64,000 bases of DNA from Aggregatibacter segnis (GCA_938021175.1 CALIHN010000006.1:62206-126205), one strand, 5' to 3'; shown: positions 23,104-33,651, counted from the stretch's first letter. The notes: generated by a model from the sequence alone, not told the origin. Numbers and translations: made by a program.

Positions 23104-23727
23104 TTAAATAAATGGGGCGACCGAACCACTGCCTTCACGCAAAATTACCGGCGTTTCTGTCGTTAAATCAACCACAGTGGTTGGCTCTTGTCCTAAGTAA
23201 CCGCCATGAATAATTAAATCCACTTGATGCTCTAGGCGGTCTCGAATTTCTTCCGGATCCGATTGGGTAATATGTTCTTCGTTTGGCAACATTAAAGAAC
23301 AAGATAAAATCGGCTCACCCAATGCCTTCAATAAATCCAAGGCAATTTGATTATCCGGCACACGAATCCCGATGGTTTTTCGTTTGGACGTCATTAAGCG
23401 GCGCGGTAATTCTTTGGTTGCCGTTAAAATAAAAGTGTAACGTCCCGGCGTGTTGTTTTTAATCAAACGATAAGCAGAATTCGTCACTAAAGAATAATTG
23501 GATAACTCCGATAAATCACTGCATACCAAAGTAAAATTATGCCCTTCCGGTAATTGGCGAATTTGCACGATACGATCCATCGCATGCTTATCCCCGATCA
23601 TGCAACCCAACGCATAGCCGGAATCGGTAGGATACACGATCACGCCGCCATTACGTAAAATTTCAACCGCTTGATTGATTAAACGCACCTGCGGGTTTTC
23701 CGAATGGATATAAAAAAATTGACTCAT
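23104..23727 (-). CDS. yciO: Sua5/YciO/YrdC-family protein
   Basis: 207 aa YrdC-domain protein; adjacent to rluB as in E. coli. Confidence 0.85.
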   Translation of the reverse strand: MSQFFYIHSENPQVRLINQAVEILRNGGVIVYPTDSGYALGCMIGDKHAMDRIVQIRQLPEGHNFTLVCSDLSELSNYSLVTNSAYRLIKNNTPGRYTFILTATKELPRRLMTSKRKTIGIRVPDNQIALDLLKALGEPILSCSLMLPNEEHITQSDPEEIRDRLEHQVDLIIHGGYLGQEPTTVVDLTTETPVILREGSGSVAPFI

Positions 23728-23806
23728 ATGTTTTCACTCTCCGAGTAAAATTGCGGCATATTATAGCAGTTTAAGCGCCTGCAGGATAACGCTTTGTACC
23801 GTACTA

Positions 23807-24931
23807 TTAAACATTTCTTGCGTCACTGGCTTGCTGTAATAATTGACGGCTTTCCTGTAAAAATTGTTCTGAATAATCACCGAACCAGTCGCGAATTTGA
23901 TTGAATTGATCAATAAAGCCTTGACGATCATGGTTTTTGAAAAAATCAAAGCCGACTTCATAACTGTTTTTCAGGTGTTCAATCACCGCTAAGTTTTCCG
24001 GTTTATCCGCAATAATATCGGCATATAATGCCGCATCCTGTGCAAATAGACGTCCAACCATTGCCAATTCCAAACGATAAATCGGCGAAGATAATGCTAA
24101 TAATTTTTCCAATTCCACTGGCTGTTGGGATAAATATAAGCCATACACAAACGTGGAAAAATGGCGCAACGCCTGAATATAGGTCATGTGATGATCATGT
24201 TCTGCCGCATCAACTTGGTAAATTTTGGCACCCCAAATTTGAATTTGTTGTAACAACCACTGATAGCGTTCGCTAAAACGCCCGTCACAACATGCCACCA
24301 CTTGTTTTGCCATACTGGCGATATCCGGCCCAAACATCGGGTGTAACCCAACCACGGCACCTTGATGCACTTCCAGCATTTTTTGTAACGGCACTCGTTT
24401 CACAGAGGTTAAATCCGCCAACAACATATTTGGGGTAAGATAAGGTTTAAGACGTTCAATCACTTCCGGCGTATTGGCGATAGGCACGGAAACAATCACG
24501 ACATCCGCCTCTTGCAAAATGTTCTCTGCCTGAGGCCAATCCTCTTGTTCCAACGCCACAACAGGATAACCGGAACCTTGCAAGTAACGACCAAACAAAC
24601 GCCCAAGTTTGCCTCGTCCCCCCACAATAACAATTTTACGAATTGCGGGATTTACGGTTTTAAAGCCGAAACAATTTTCACTGACATAAGACTCACGCAT
24701 AATACGGCGCAAAATGTCTTCGATTAAATCCGGTGACAGTCCAAGTTGCTCAGCCGCTTCACGTTTTCGTTGCAGTATTTCGATTTCCCGCTGCGGCACA
24801 TAAATAGGCAGGCCATGTTGTTGTTTAACTTCACCCACTTTATGCACCACATCCAAGCGCTTTGCCAACAGCTGTAGCAATTCCTGATCCAATTGATCAA
24901 TTTGCGCTCTTAACTCTGCTAACTGTTCCAT
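23807..24931 (-). CDS. tyrA: Bifunctional chorismate mutase / prephenate dehydrogenase (T-protein)
   Basis: N-terminal CM domain (LRAQIDQLDQELLQLLAKR) plus NAD-binding IVIVGGRGKLG. Confidence 0.9.
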   Translation of the reverse strand: MEQLAELRAQIDQLDQELLQLLAKRLDVVHKVGEVKQQHGLPIYVPQREIEILQRKREAAEQLGLSPDLIEDILRRIMRESYVSENCFGFKTVNPAIRKIVIVGGRGKLGRLFGRYLQGSGYPVVALEQEDWPQAENILQEADVVIVSVPIANTPEVIERLKPYLTPNMLLADLTSVKRVPLQKMLEVHQGAVVGLHPMFGPDIASMAKQVVACCDGRFSERYQWLLQQIQIWGAKIYQVDAAEHDHHMTYIQALRHFSTFVYGLYLSQQPVELEKLLALSSPIYRLELAMVGRLFAQDAALYADIIADKPENLAVIEHLKNSYEVGFDFFKNHDRQGFIDQFNQIRDWFGDYSEQFLQESRQLLQQASDARNV

Positions 24932-24971
24932 CTTATCTCCGCTAAAAACACCCGAAAAACCGACCGCACTT

Positions 24972-26858
24972 TTATTTCACAGAACCGCAGGTTAAGCAAT
25001 ATAAATATTGCCCTTTCGGATCGTTAAACGTATTTAACAAACCTAGTTGTTTTTTAAACTGTGTCATTTCTTTTGGTAATCCGATGGTTTCTGCCATCAC
25101 GCGCTGTAACCAAAGACGACCTTCACCTTTGAAATCGCGCATGATTTTCTTAATCAACGTGCGCTCATCATCCACCATCCATTCCACAGAGAAACGACTT
25201 TCATCAATTTTCTCTTGCTCCGCGCGTCTTTCATTCACCAATTCCATGGCTTTTCCTATAGCGGTATCAAGATTACCTAACTCATCCACCAATTTATGCT
25301 CTAACGCTTCGGAACCAAGCCAAACTTGACCTTGTGCCACCTTATCCACTTGGGCTTTAGTTAAATGACGCCCCTCGCTCACTTTAGTTAAGAATTGATC
25401 GTAACCATGTTCAATTTCCAGCTGTAATACATCATTTAATTCAGCGGATAACGGGCTTAAAAGAGAACCTAACGCCAAATCGGACGTTTTCACGCCATCG
25501 GCAGAAACGCCTATTTTCTTAATGGTGTTCTCGAAAGTAGGTAACAGGGCAAAAATACCGATAGAGCCGGTAATGGTGTTTTTATCTGCCACAATATAAT
25601 CCGCCGTGGAAGAAATCCAATAACCGCCAGACGCCGCCATGCCGCCCATGGAAACCACCACCGGCTTACCGGCTTTCTGTAAATGCGTTACTTCCTGACG
25701 AATGATTTCAGAAGCAAAAGCGCTGCCACCCGGGCTATTGACACGCAATACCACGCCTTTTACGTCTTTATCATCGTGCGCCTGACGTAATAACATCGCA
25801 ATCGTATCGCCACCGGCATTTTCTTCATCACTTTCGCCGTCCACAATCGCGCCCTCGACATTCACTACAGCAATTTTATTGTCTGTTTCGCCGATTAAAC
25901 GATCCGGTAAAGAAGCTAAATAGGTTTCAAAATCCACGGTTTTCGGCTGATGCTCTTTATCTTCACCAAAAAGTGCGGTCAATTTTCTATTTAAATCGAA
26001 ACGATCCAACACATCAGTAATTAATTTACGTTTTACCGCATATGCCGTACTGTCGCCTTTCAAGGCCTTCAACTCGGTTAAATAAGTATTTGCCGTCGGC
26101 GCAACAAGCGCTTTCGGAATGTCACGATTAATGGCCACTTGTGCCGTGTAATTCTCCCACATGGTGTTTAACCAGCGTTGTAAATTAGCCCGTGCTTCAG
26201 GCGACATCTCATTACGCAAAAATGGCTCAACGGCTGATTTATAGGTGCCCACACGGAACACATGCGGGTTCACGTCTAATTTATCCAGCATCTCTTTGTA
26301 ATACAGCGTTTCCTGTGCCAAGCCCTCAATAGAAACACTACCGATAGGATTCATGTAAATTTCATCGGCATAACTGGCGAGGAAATATTGAGATTGGTTG
26401 TAGCTGTCCGAATAGGCGATCACTTGTTTTCCGCTATCTTTGAAATTCTCAATCGCTTCACCGACATATTCAAGAGATGGCAAATCGCCTCCTTGAAAAT
26501 AATTGAGATCCAACACTAAGCCTTTCACTTTGTCATCCTGTGCCGCAGCATCAATGGCATAAATCACATCAAAGGTCGAATATTGTTGCGCAATACGTTG
26601 ATCATCCAATTCTTTCAACAGGCTTTTAAAACTGCTCTGATCATCGCGATTATCAGCCAAATAGCCATCCAGTTGTAATAGCAAAGCCCCTTGTTCACCT
26701 TTTAACACGACTTTTTCCTGCTTATCCGCCCCAACAATCAGGGTAAAAACGGAAAGTGCCAATAAAACAAAAATCAAGAAAACGATATTCATGACTAAAT
26801 CACGAATAAAATTAAGGATACGCCAGGCAAACTTCACCAAAGAGACGATAAATTTCAT
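24972..26858 (-). CDS. sppA: Signal peptide peptidase A (protease IV)
   Basis: Two S49 peptidase repeats; start set at MKFIVSLVKFAWRILNF (GAGG SD), which aligns to the E. coli SppA N-terminus. Confidence 0.9.
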   Translation of the reverse strand: MKFIVSLVKFAWRILNFIRDLVMNIVFLIFVLLALSVFTLIVGADKQEKVVLKGEQGALLLQLDGYLADNRDDQSSFKSLLKELDDQRIAQQYSTFDVIYAIDAAAQDDKVKGLVLDLNYFQGGDLPSLEYVGEAIENFKDSGKQVIAYSDSYNQSQYFLASYADEIYMNPIGSVSIEGLAQETLYYKEMLDKLDVNPHVFRVGTYKSAVEPFLRNEMSPEARANLQRWLNTMWENYTAQVAINRDIPKALVAPTANTYLTELKALKGDSTAYAVKRKLITDVLDRFDLNRKLTALFGEDKEHQPKTVDFETYLASLPDRLIGETDNKIAVVNVEGAIVDGESDEENAGGDTIAMLLRQAHDDKDVKGVVLRVNSPGGSAFASEIIRQEVTHLQKAGKPVVVSMGGMAASGGYWISSTADYIVADKNTITGSIGIFALLPTFENTIKKIGVSADGVKTSDLALGSLLSPLSAELNDVLQLEIEHGYDQFLTKVSEGRHLTKAQVDKVAQGQVWLGSEALEHKLVDELGNLDTAIGKAMELVNERRAEQEKIDESRFSVEWMVDDERTLIKKIMRDFKGEGRLWLQRVMAETIGLPKEMTQFKKQLGLLNTFNDPKGQYLYCLTCGSVK

Positions 26859-26993
26859 ATAACCTCGAAAAATCAACAAAATGGCGTTTAAAATACCATA
26901 AACCTACGTCTGAATAAACCTAGAGAAAAGCCTGTTTTAAAAACTGTGCTATAATCCACCGCACTTTATTTCCCCGATAAAAAGGAAGCAAAA

Positions 26994-27548
26994 ATGGATG
27001 CATTACAACTCCTCACTGAACGCAGTTCACAAAAAAAACTCAATGAACCGGCACCAAATGAACATCAATTAAACCAAATCTTTCAAGCAGCCTTGCGGGC
27101 GCCGGATCACGGTAAATTACAACCTTACCGTTTTGTTGTTATCGAAAAAGAAAAAATGGCCACCTTCGGCGATTTGTTAAAAAGTGCGGTGCATGAACTC
27201 AATCTGGGTGAAGAACGTTTGAAAAAAGCTGAAAACCTTGCCGGTCGCGCACCGATGGTTATCGGCGTCGTCGCGAAATTAGATCCAACCATCAAGAAAG
27301 TACCGGAATGGGAACAACTTCTCTGCGCCGGTTGCGCCACTTATGCGATGCAACTTGCCGCCAACGCGTTAGGCTTTAAAAACGTTTGGATCAGCGGCCC
27401 TTGGCTAGAGGGTTCGGCACTACGCAACGCTTTCCGATGTGAAGCGCAAGATAAAATTATCGGTTTTATTATGTTAGGTTCCGGTGAAGAAAAATTAGAA
27501 AGAGAGAAAAAAGCACTCAGTTTAGACGATATAGTTTCTTCCCTGTAA
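26994..27548 (+). CDS. ydjA: Nitroreductase-family protein YdjA
   Basis: 184 aa; adjacent and divergent to sppA as in E. coli. Confidence 0.8.
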   Translation: MDALQLLTERSSQKKLNEPAPNEHQLNQIFQAALRAPDHGKLQPYRFVVIEKEKMATFGDLLKSAVHELNLGEERLKKAENLAGRAPMVIGVVAKLDPTIKKVPEWEQLLCAGCATYAMQLAANALGFKNVWISGPWLEGSALRNAFRCEAQDKIIGFIMLGSGEEKLEREKKALSLDDIVSSL

Positions 27549-27570
27549 ATCCCCTAAAAAAACAGTAAAG

Positions 27571-27618
27571 AAACAGACCGCACTTTAGATAGAATGAGTA
27601 AAGTGCGGTCTGTTTTTT
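27571..27618 (+). terminator. Uptake-sequence-pair terminator after ydjA
   Basis: AAACAGACCGCACTTT ... AAAGTGCGGTCTGTTT followed by a T-run. Confidence 0.75.
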
Positions 27619-27714
27619 CATTATTTTCAGCACAGCAAACGAACGTTTTCTCTGCTTTAATCTCTTTCCTTTATTTGTCGTGATAAAAAATAATGCCAAA
27701 TAAATAGAAAAGTT

Positions 27715-27770
27715 TTGACAAAACATTACATCATATAATACTATTTTTATATGTTAACTCTTTGTTAACT
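27715..27770 (+). promoter_or_regulatory. Putative promoter and operator upstream of the DUF2892-ygaP-ygaV genes
   Basis: TTGACA at 27715-27720, downstream TATAAT/TACTAT candidates, then two TGTTAACT elements (27752-27759 and 27763-27770). Each contains the palindrome GTTAAC, with centres 11 bp apart. Confidence 0.4.
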
Positions 27771-27796
27771 ATTAATTCAAACTTAAGGAGACAAAT

Positions 27797-27988
27797 ATGA
27801 ACCCAAATGTTGGTGGTATGGATAAAGTTATTCGAATCGTTCTAGGCATCGTTCTCATTGCCTTGACCTTAACGAATGTTATCGGTTGGTGGGGCTGGAT
27901 CGGTGTTGTTCCGTTATTAACCGGACTATTCTCACGCTGTGGTCTTTATTCACTACTTGGCATCAACACCTGTCCATTAAAAAAATAA
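27797..27988 (+). CDS. Small membrane protein, DUF2892 (YgaP-like transmembrane domain, stand-alone)
   Basis: 63 aa, two predicted TM helices; strong AAGGAG SD; resembles the C-terminal membrane domain of the downstream rhodanese. Confidence 0.7.
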   Translation: MNPNVGGMDKVIRIVLGIVLIALTLTNVIGWWGWIGVVPLLTGLFSRCGLYSLLGINTCPLKK

Positions 27989-28061
27989 TTCATTAACACA
28001 TCATTTTCACTCGACAGAAATGCCGAGTGTTTATCTATTTTGAGGAAAGCACAAAAATACT

Positions 28062-28592
28062 ATGACCATCTCCATTATTTCTGCTCTAGAAGCAAAAGAT
28101 AAGTTAGCCGCCGGGGCATTATTAATCGACATTCGTCAACCTGAAGAGTATCGCCGTGAACATATTGAAGGTTCTGTTTTACAACCTCTTTCTGAATTAC
28201 AACGTCAAGGATTGAACGAAACTCTAAAACAAGGAAGTTGCCTTATTTTCCACTGTAAATCCGGTGCAAGAACCTGTAGCCAGTCTGAGTTTTTCAAGCA
28301 ACTGGCACAGGAGAGTCATTGTGAAGTGTACTTGCTTGAAGACGGAATAAACGGCTGGAAAAATGCTGGATTGGCCACACAATTTAATCCGTCACAACCT
28401 ATTGATATTATGCGTCAAGTTCAAATTGTCGCAGGAAGCTTGATTTTACTAGGCTCAGTATTGGGGTGGTCTGTTTCACCTTATTTTTATTGGCTACCCG
28501 CATTTGTCGGTGCAGGGCTCACGTTTGCCGGAATTAGCGGGTTTTGTGGCATGGCAAAACTCCTCGCGCGTATGCCATGGAATCGAAAATAG
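28062..28592 (+). CDS. ygaP: Inner-membrane rhodanese (sulfurtransferase) YgaP: rhodanese domain + DUF2892 membrane anchor
   Basis: Rhodanese active-site loop FHCKSGAR followed by a hydrophobic C-terminus (IVAGSLILLGSVLGW...). Confidence 0.8.
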   Translation: MTISIISALEAKDKLAAGALLIDIRQPEEYRREHIEGSVLQPLSELQRQGLNETLKQGSCLIFHCKSGARTCSQSEFFKQLAQESHCEVYLLEDGINGWKNAGLATQFNPSQPIDIMRQVQIVAGSLILLGSVLGWSVSPYFYWLPAFVGAGLTFAGISGFCGMAKLLARMPWNRK

Positions 28593-28704
28593 TCGATTAG
28601 ATCATAAAATAGCGGAAAAAAACGGTTCGGTTATTGGTTTCACAAGGCAAGGTGTGTAGAATACGCGCCCCTACCCATAATGAGTGAAGACGAAATAAAA
28701 TCTG

Positions 28705-29007
28705 ATGAAAGATATATTGGAAAAAAGTAACGAAGCCAGCAACTTCTTAAAATTGTTAGCCAATCCGAATCGCTTAGCCATTTTGTGCTGTTTACGTGAG
28801 CAACGGTATAACGTCACCGAATTAACCGTCAAAATGAATATGCCACAAGCGGCTATGTCCAACCAACTGGCTCTTTTGCGTAAAGCGGGCTTAGTGGCAA
28901 GCGATGTCAGACATCGGGAGCGTGTATATTATATTAACGATCCGAAAGTCGTTGAAATGATCAAACTATTACACGGCTTTTTCTGTGACTCATCCGCTGA
29001 AAAATGA
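28705..29007 (+). CDS. ygaV: ArsR-family HTH regulator, YgaV/BigR/SqrR-like (persulfide-responsive subgroup)
   Basis: ANPNRLAILCCLREQ...ELT HTH; Cys in the ILC motif and a C-terminal Cys, as in E. coli YgaV. Confidence 0.75.
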   Translation: MKDILEKSNEASNFLKLLANPNRLAILCCLREQRYNVTELTVKMNMPQAAMSNQLALLRKAGLVASDVRHRERVYYINDPKVVEMIKLLHGFFCDSSAEK

Positions 29008-29069
29008 ACATAAAAAAACGCAGAATCAATTTCTGCGTTTTTTCATTTTATGCGTTCATTCATTTTTAT

Positions 29070-30104
29070 CTAATTTTGCGACCGCACTTTTGCACACCAA
29101 TCAAGATGTGCTAGATACCATTGAACAGTACTGTACATCGCCTCCATAAAGTCCGCTTGTGGCTGCCAATGCAATTCTTGACGAATTTTTGTGGCATCAA
29201 GGGCATAACGCACATCATGTCCGGGACGGTCAGCCGTATGCACAATAAGATCTTGATAATGTCTTATTCCTTTCGGCTTGTTGGGCGCAAGCTCTTCCAA
29301 TATATCACAGAGTACCTGTACAATTTCTCGATTCGTTTTTTCACAATGCGCGCTAATATTGTAGCTTTCTCCAATACGCCCTTGCTGAAGAACAAGATAC
29401 AGCGCCTGAACATGATCCTCAACGTATAGCCAATCCCGAATTTGCTGCCCATTACCATAAATCGGCAACGGCTCTCCACTTAATGCATTTAAAATCATCA
29501 CCGGAATCAATTTTTCCGGATATTGGTAAGGCCCGTAATTATTCGCGCAATGGGTGATGATTATCGGCAGTCCATAAGTGCGGTGCCAAGCACGAACCAA
29601 ATGATCTGATGAAGCCTTTGACGCTGAATAAGGGCTGCTCGGCGCATAAGCTGAGGTTTCCGAAGACAAATCCAACGTCCCCGCCACATCACCATAAACT
29701 TCGTCTGTCGAAATATGTAAAAAACGGAAGGTCTTTTTCTTCTCGCCTGGCAGCTGTTGGTAATAATCACGTACAGCTTCCAACAGCGTATAGGTGCCCA
29801 CAATATTGGTTTGAATAAACGCCGCCGCGCCATGAATAGAACGGTCTACATGGCTTTCTGCCGCAAAATGCACCACACAATCAGGCTGATATTCTTTTAA
29901 AATGCATTGAACCGCTTGCATATCACAAATATCGACCAGTTCAAAAGCATAACGCGGATCATTCGCCACTTCATGTAATGCCTCGAGATTACCGGCATAG
30001 GTCAATTTATCCAAATTCACAATCTGATCTTGCGTGTGATGAATGCTATGACGAATAAACGCTGAACCAATAAATCCGGCACCGCCGGTGACAAGAATTT
30101 TCAT
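29070..30104 (-). CDS. rfbB: dTDP-glucose 4,6-dehydratase
   Basis: [14 protein letters not shown] Rossmann N-terminus, YxxxK; 344 aa; stand-alone, no rfbACD nearby. Confidence 0.9.
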   Translation of the reverse strand: MKILVTGGAGFIGSAFIRHSIHHTQDQIVNLDKLTYAGNLEALHEVANDPRYAFELVDICDMQAVQCILKEYQPDCVVHFAAESHVDRSIHGAAAFIQTNIVGTYTLLEAVRDYYQQLPGEKKKTFRFLHISTDEVYGDVAGTLDLSSETSAYAPSSPYSASKASSDHLVRAWHRTYGLPIIITHCANNYGPYQYPEKLIPVMILNALSGEPLPIYGNGQQIRDWLYVEDHVQALYLVLQQGRIGESYNISAHCEKTNREIVQVLCDILEELAPNKPKGIRHYQDLIVHTADRPGHDVRYALDATKIRQELHWQPQADFMEAMYSTVQWYLAHLDWCAKVRSQN

Positions 30105-30110
30105 AGAAGA

Positions 30111-30899
30111 TTAATTTGCTTTCACCTGATTAATCGTATCGCTTTCCCAGCCCACATACTCACCGGAAAATTTTTCTGCCAAGCGTTCAAACTGCTCTAC
30201 ATAACGGAAAATATCATCGTTATCCAATGTCATTTCCTGCTCTATTTTGACGATATAAAACCCTTCTTTGTCGTCTTCATCCTCAAAAATCACCGGGGCA
30301 CTGCTGTAACTCATAGAATGATAGGAAAGATCACGAAGATTGGCCTCTTCCATAAACTGGAACATTTGCTGTTCTTCTGCAAACTGGAAAGTATGTTCAA
30401 CAAGATAGTTATCCGCTAAATCTCTGCCGTTTTGTAGCAACATATCCAAAATTTCTTCTGTGACATTGAGTTTCATTTCCAGTGGCGATGGCAATAAAAA
30501 ATCAAAATAAGTATCCCAGTTCGGATCTTCTTGCACCGTAATCTCTTCAATGTCTTCCTTAAACTGGTCAAGCACACCAAAAAGTGCGGTGGTTTCATCA
30601 CAGTAAAAATAAAGCTTTAAATGCCCTTCAGTAAAAATATGTCCGGCATAAAGTAGCTCTGACAATGCCGAAGCCTGTACTAAAATTTTGAATAATTCCT
30701 TCACCACCCGATGATGTTCATCTAACGTCGGCATCGTATTTTCATCCGCTTCATAAGGCAATGAAACCTGCACGATTTTATTGAATTTATCAGGGGTAAA
30801 TTGTTCAAAAATATCTAAATTAACGGTACAAGAAGCCATATTGCCGTTAATTAACGTACGGTAATTTTGCCAATTTTGTTCAGGATTTTTTAACGGCAT
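30111..30899 (-). CDS. DUF695 - RraB-like (regulator of ribonuclease activity B domain) fusion protein, acidic
   Basis: The C-terminal ~100 aa align with E. coli RraB (LAEKFSGEYVGWES vs LAEKFDVEYDGWGT); start ATG overlaps the xthA stop (TAATG). Confidence 0.65.
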   Translation of the reverse strand: MPLKNPEQNWQNYRTLINGNMASCTVNLDIFEQFTPDKFNKIVQVSLPYEADENTMPTLDEHHRVVKELFKILVQASALSELLYAGHIFTEGHLKLYFYCDETTALFGVLDQFKEDIEEITVQEDPNWDTYFDFLLPSPLEMKLNVTEEILDMLLQNGRDLADNYLVEHTFQFAEEQQMFQFMEEANLRDLSYHSMSYSSAPVIFEDEDDKEGFYIVKIEQEMTLDNDDIFRYVEQFERLAEKFSGEYVGWESDTINQVKAN

Positions 30900-31702
30900 T
30901 ATTTAAACTCCGCCCAAATCGGTGCGTGATCCGATGGTTTGTCCATGGCACGAATATCAAGCGCAATCCCGGTATCCACGCAATGCGCCGCCAACGCTTT
31001 ATTTGCCAAAATATGGTCAATTCGTAAACCGCGATTATCATCAAACCCTTTGGAACGGTAATCAAACCATGAGAATTTGTCGTTTACTGTTGGGTTTAAA
31101 TAACGGAAGGTGTCTTCTAAACCATATGCATATAAACGCTGATACCATTCGCGCTCTTCCGGCAAGAAGGAACATTTACCGGTGCGCAACCAGCGTTTAC
31201 GATTTTCTTCGCCGATACCAATGTCCAAATCAGACGGGCTGATGTTCATATCGCCCATAATAATCACCGGGTTTTGTGCATTATGGTCTTGTTCCAAATA
31301 GCGTTGTAAATCCGCATAGAATTTTCGTTTTGCCGGGAATTTGGTTGGATGTTCGCGGCTTTCACCTTGTGGAAAATAGCCGTTAATCACCGTTAATTGC
31401 CCAAACGGCGTGTCTAAGTCAATCATGATAATGCGTTTTTGCGCCTCTTCATCATCGGTCGGGAAACCTTTTCTCACCAATAACGGCGCCTGTTTACTCA
31501 ACAAAGCTACGCCATAATGCCCTTTTTGGCCAAAATGGTTGACGTGATAGCCCAGATGATCCACCAACTCATAAGGGAAAACTTCATCTGCCACTTTAAT
31601 TTCTTGCAAGCCGAGTACATCCGGTTGATATTTATCGATGATTTCTTCTAATTGATGTGGCCTTGCTCTTAATCCGTTGATGTTAAATGACATGACTTTC
31701 AT
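30899..31702 (-). CDS. xthA: Exodeoxyribonuclease III
   Basis: 267 aa; [14 protein letters not shown]...LGLQEIK start and SDHAPI C-terminal motif. Confidence 0.95.
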   Translation of the reverse strand: MKVMSFNINGLRARPHQLEEIIDKYQPDVLGLQEIKVADEVFPYELVDHLGYHVNHFGQKGHYGVALLSKQAPLLVRKGFPTDDEEAQKRIIMIDLDTPFGQLTVINGYFPQGESREHPTKFPAKRKFYADLQRYLEQDHNAQNPVIIMGDMNISPSDLDIGIGEENRKRWLRTGKCSFLPEEREWYQRLYAYGLEDTFRYLNPTVNDKFSWFDYRSKGFDDNRGLRIDHILANKALAAHCVDTGIALDIRAMDKPSDHAPIWAEFK

Positions 31703-31725
31703 ATTAATTCCTTAATATCTCTTAT

Positions 31726-32844
31726 TTAGTTGCCCATGCGCTGCTGAATTCTATCAGCAAACATACCGATACTCACGGCGAAATAATTCGACTTGTTCCA
31801 ATGCAATAGCGTGCGATAGTTGTTTGACACTAAAAACGCTCGTCCTAATTCACGATCCGGTCTCACCAACCACAGATCCGTTTGAGAAAGTGCGGTCAAT
31901 TTTTGCTGCGTTTCTGATGTGAGAAATTTGGCCGTCACGCCCTGTTTCTGCCAGTCACTCAGACTACGCTGTTTGCCTTCTTCCGTGCCGGAGAGTGCCA
32001 TATCAATCGGCTGATTCACGGTCACTTCAACGCCCCAAGGCAAATTCGGGTTCCAGCCCTCTGTGTGTAAATAATTGGCAATAGAGGCAAACACGTCATA
32101 GTGTTCCGTCCAAATGTTTTTCTCACCGTCTCCATTCCCATCTACAGCATAACGCAAATAGGAACTTGGCATAAATTGGGTTTGCCCCATAGCACCCGCC
32201 CATGATCCCCGCATTTTGTGGCGCTGAATATGATCCCGTTGCAGCATTTTCATGGCTGCAATAAATTCTTTACTGAATAACGCTTCGCGACGTCCGTCAA
32301 AAGCCAATGTGGCCAGCACGGATAACACATCATAACTGCCTTGATAATAGCCAAAACTGCTTTCCATGCCCCACAACGCCATCAAATAATTTTTCGGTAC
32401 ACTAAAGGTTTGGCTCGCCTTTTCCAGTTGTGGCAGTTGCTCCCAATAACGAGCAGAAGCCGTCTCTACTTTATTTTCGGTTAATACGCGATTTAAGTAA
32501 TTGGTCGTGCCATTCGGGTTTATCACCGGCGGTGCATTAGGATCGCGTTTACGAATTCGTCCCGCTTGTTGATCGTCCAAATCCACGGATTTTTGGATGT
32601 AGTTAATGTTATTTTGTGCATTCAATACATCCATCGAAACGCCTTCGGCTGCCGCTTTGCCTTTCAAGAAATTCACATAATCATTGAAATTCTCTAATGT
32701 GCGAGGCTTACTATAAACCGCCTCTGCCGCAACAGCGTGAATACCATGAGTTCCGCCACTTGAAGAGGGGCTATGAGAAGAACAACCTGCCACAAAAAGT
32801 GCGGTGAAAATAACGGATGTTTTTAAAAATGAGGTAAACGTCAT
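31726..32844 (-). CDS. mltB: Membrane-bound lytic murein transglycosylase B (lipoprotein)
   Basis: Lipobox LFVAGC; MltB/Slt35 family. Confidence 0.88.
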   Translation of the reverse strand: MTFTSFLKTSVIFTALFVAGCSSHSPSSSGGTHGIHAVAAEAVYSKPRTLENFNDYVNFLKGKAAAEGVSMDVLNAQNNINYIQKSVDLDDQQAGRIRKRDPNAPPVINPNGTTNYLNRVLTENKVETASARYWEQLPQLEKASQTFSVPKNYLMALWGMESSFGYYQGSYDVLSVLATLAFDGRREALFSKEFIAAMKMLQRDHIQRHKMRGSWAGAMGQTQFMPSSYLRYAVDGNGDGEKNIWTEHYDVFASIANYLHTEGWNPNLPWGVEVTVNQPIDMALSGTEEGKQRSLSDWQKQGVTAKFLTSETQQKLTALSQTDLWLVRPDRELGRAFLVSNNYRTLLHWNKSNYFAVSIGMFADRIQQRMGN

Positions 32845-32847
32845 GGG

Positions 32848-33651
32848 CTATTTTCTCAAGAACGCATGATAAAGGCTTTTCAATAAGGATGTTGGCAACA
32901 ATCGTGCCCCGGAACGCAAAGCAAACGTAAACAAGCCGGAAAATAATCCTTGGATACCTAAACGATATTTCAATTTAAACAAACGCCACTCTGCTTTGGC
33001 TTGATTTAAACCACGACGACGTCCTACCATGCCGTTACCAACCCGGGCGTACACCAAAATATCCGGCAAATTCGCCACTTTTTGACCTTGTGCCACAAGC
33101 TTAATCCACAAATAATAATCTTCTTGCAGATCTTCATATCCGCCACAATTTATGACCGCACTTTTTTGATACGCCACGGTCATGTGATTGAATGGACAAC
33201 GCTTTTGCGTAAATTTCACAATGTCTTGTGCCGTTATAGGCACGTTGCGATATGCCACAATGTCGTTAACATTGTCACCAAACTCAGCAATTTGTCCGCC
33301 GAAAATAATCGTTTCCGGATGTTGTTCAATAAATGCCACTTGCTTTTCAAAGCGTTCCGGCACGCAAATATCATCGGTATCCATACGGAAAACCCAATCA
33401 TGCGAACAATGTTTTAAACCTTCATTGAGCGCTTTGCCTAAACCTAAGTTTTTCGGCAACTTCACTAAGTTTAAGGGTAATTTTGTTTCGAATTCAGTGA
33501 CAACCGCCTCTAGTTCCGGTGTCACCGCACCATCAAACACTAAGACGATTTCATCGGCAGGATGGGTTTGTGCCACAAGGCTTTCAAAACATTCTCTTAA
33601 ATATTGTGGATTTTCCTTAACGTATAAGGACATTAAAACTGAAAATTTCAT
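32848..33651 (-). CDS. Family-2 glycosyltransferase (AmsE/WcaA-like)
   Basis: MKFSVLMSLYVKENPQYL... DxD (RMDTDD); 267 aa. Confidence 0.85.
   Translation of the reverse strand: MKFSVLMSLYVKENPQYLRECFESLVAQTHPADEIVLVFDGAVTPELEAVVTEFETKLPLNLVKLPKNLGLGKALNEGLKHCSHDWVFRMDTDDICVPERFEKQVAFIEQHPETIIFGGQIAEFGDNVNDIVAYRNVPITAQDIVKFTQKRCPFNHMTVAYQKSAVINCGGYEDLQEDYYLWIKLVAQGQKVANLPDILVYARVGNGMVGRRRGLNQAKAEWRLFKLKYRLGIQGLFSGLFTFALRSGARLLPTSLLKSLYHAFLRK

Noticed and set aside
23761-23961. 66-aa minus-strand ORF overlapping the tyrA 3' end
   Set aside because: Alternate frame of tyrA with no independent support.
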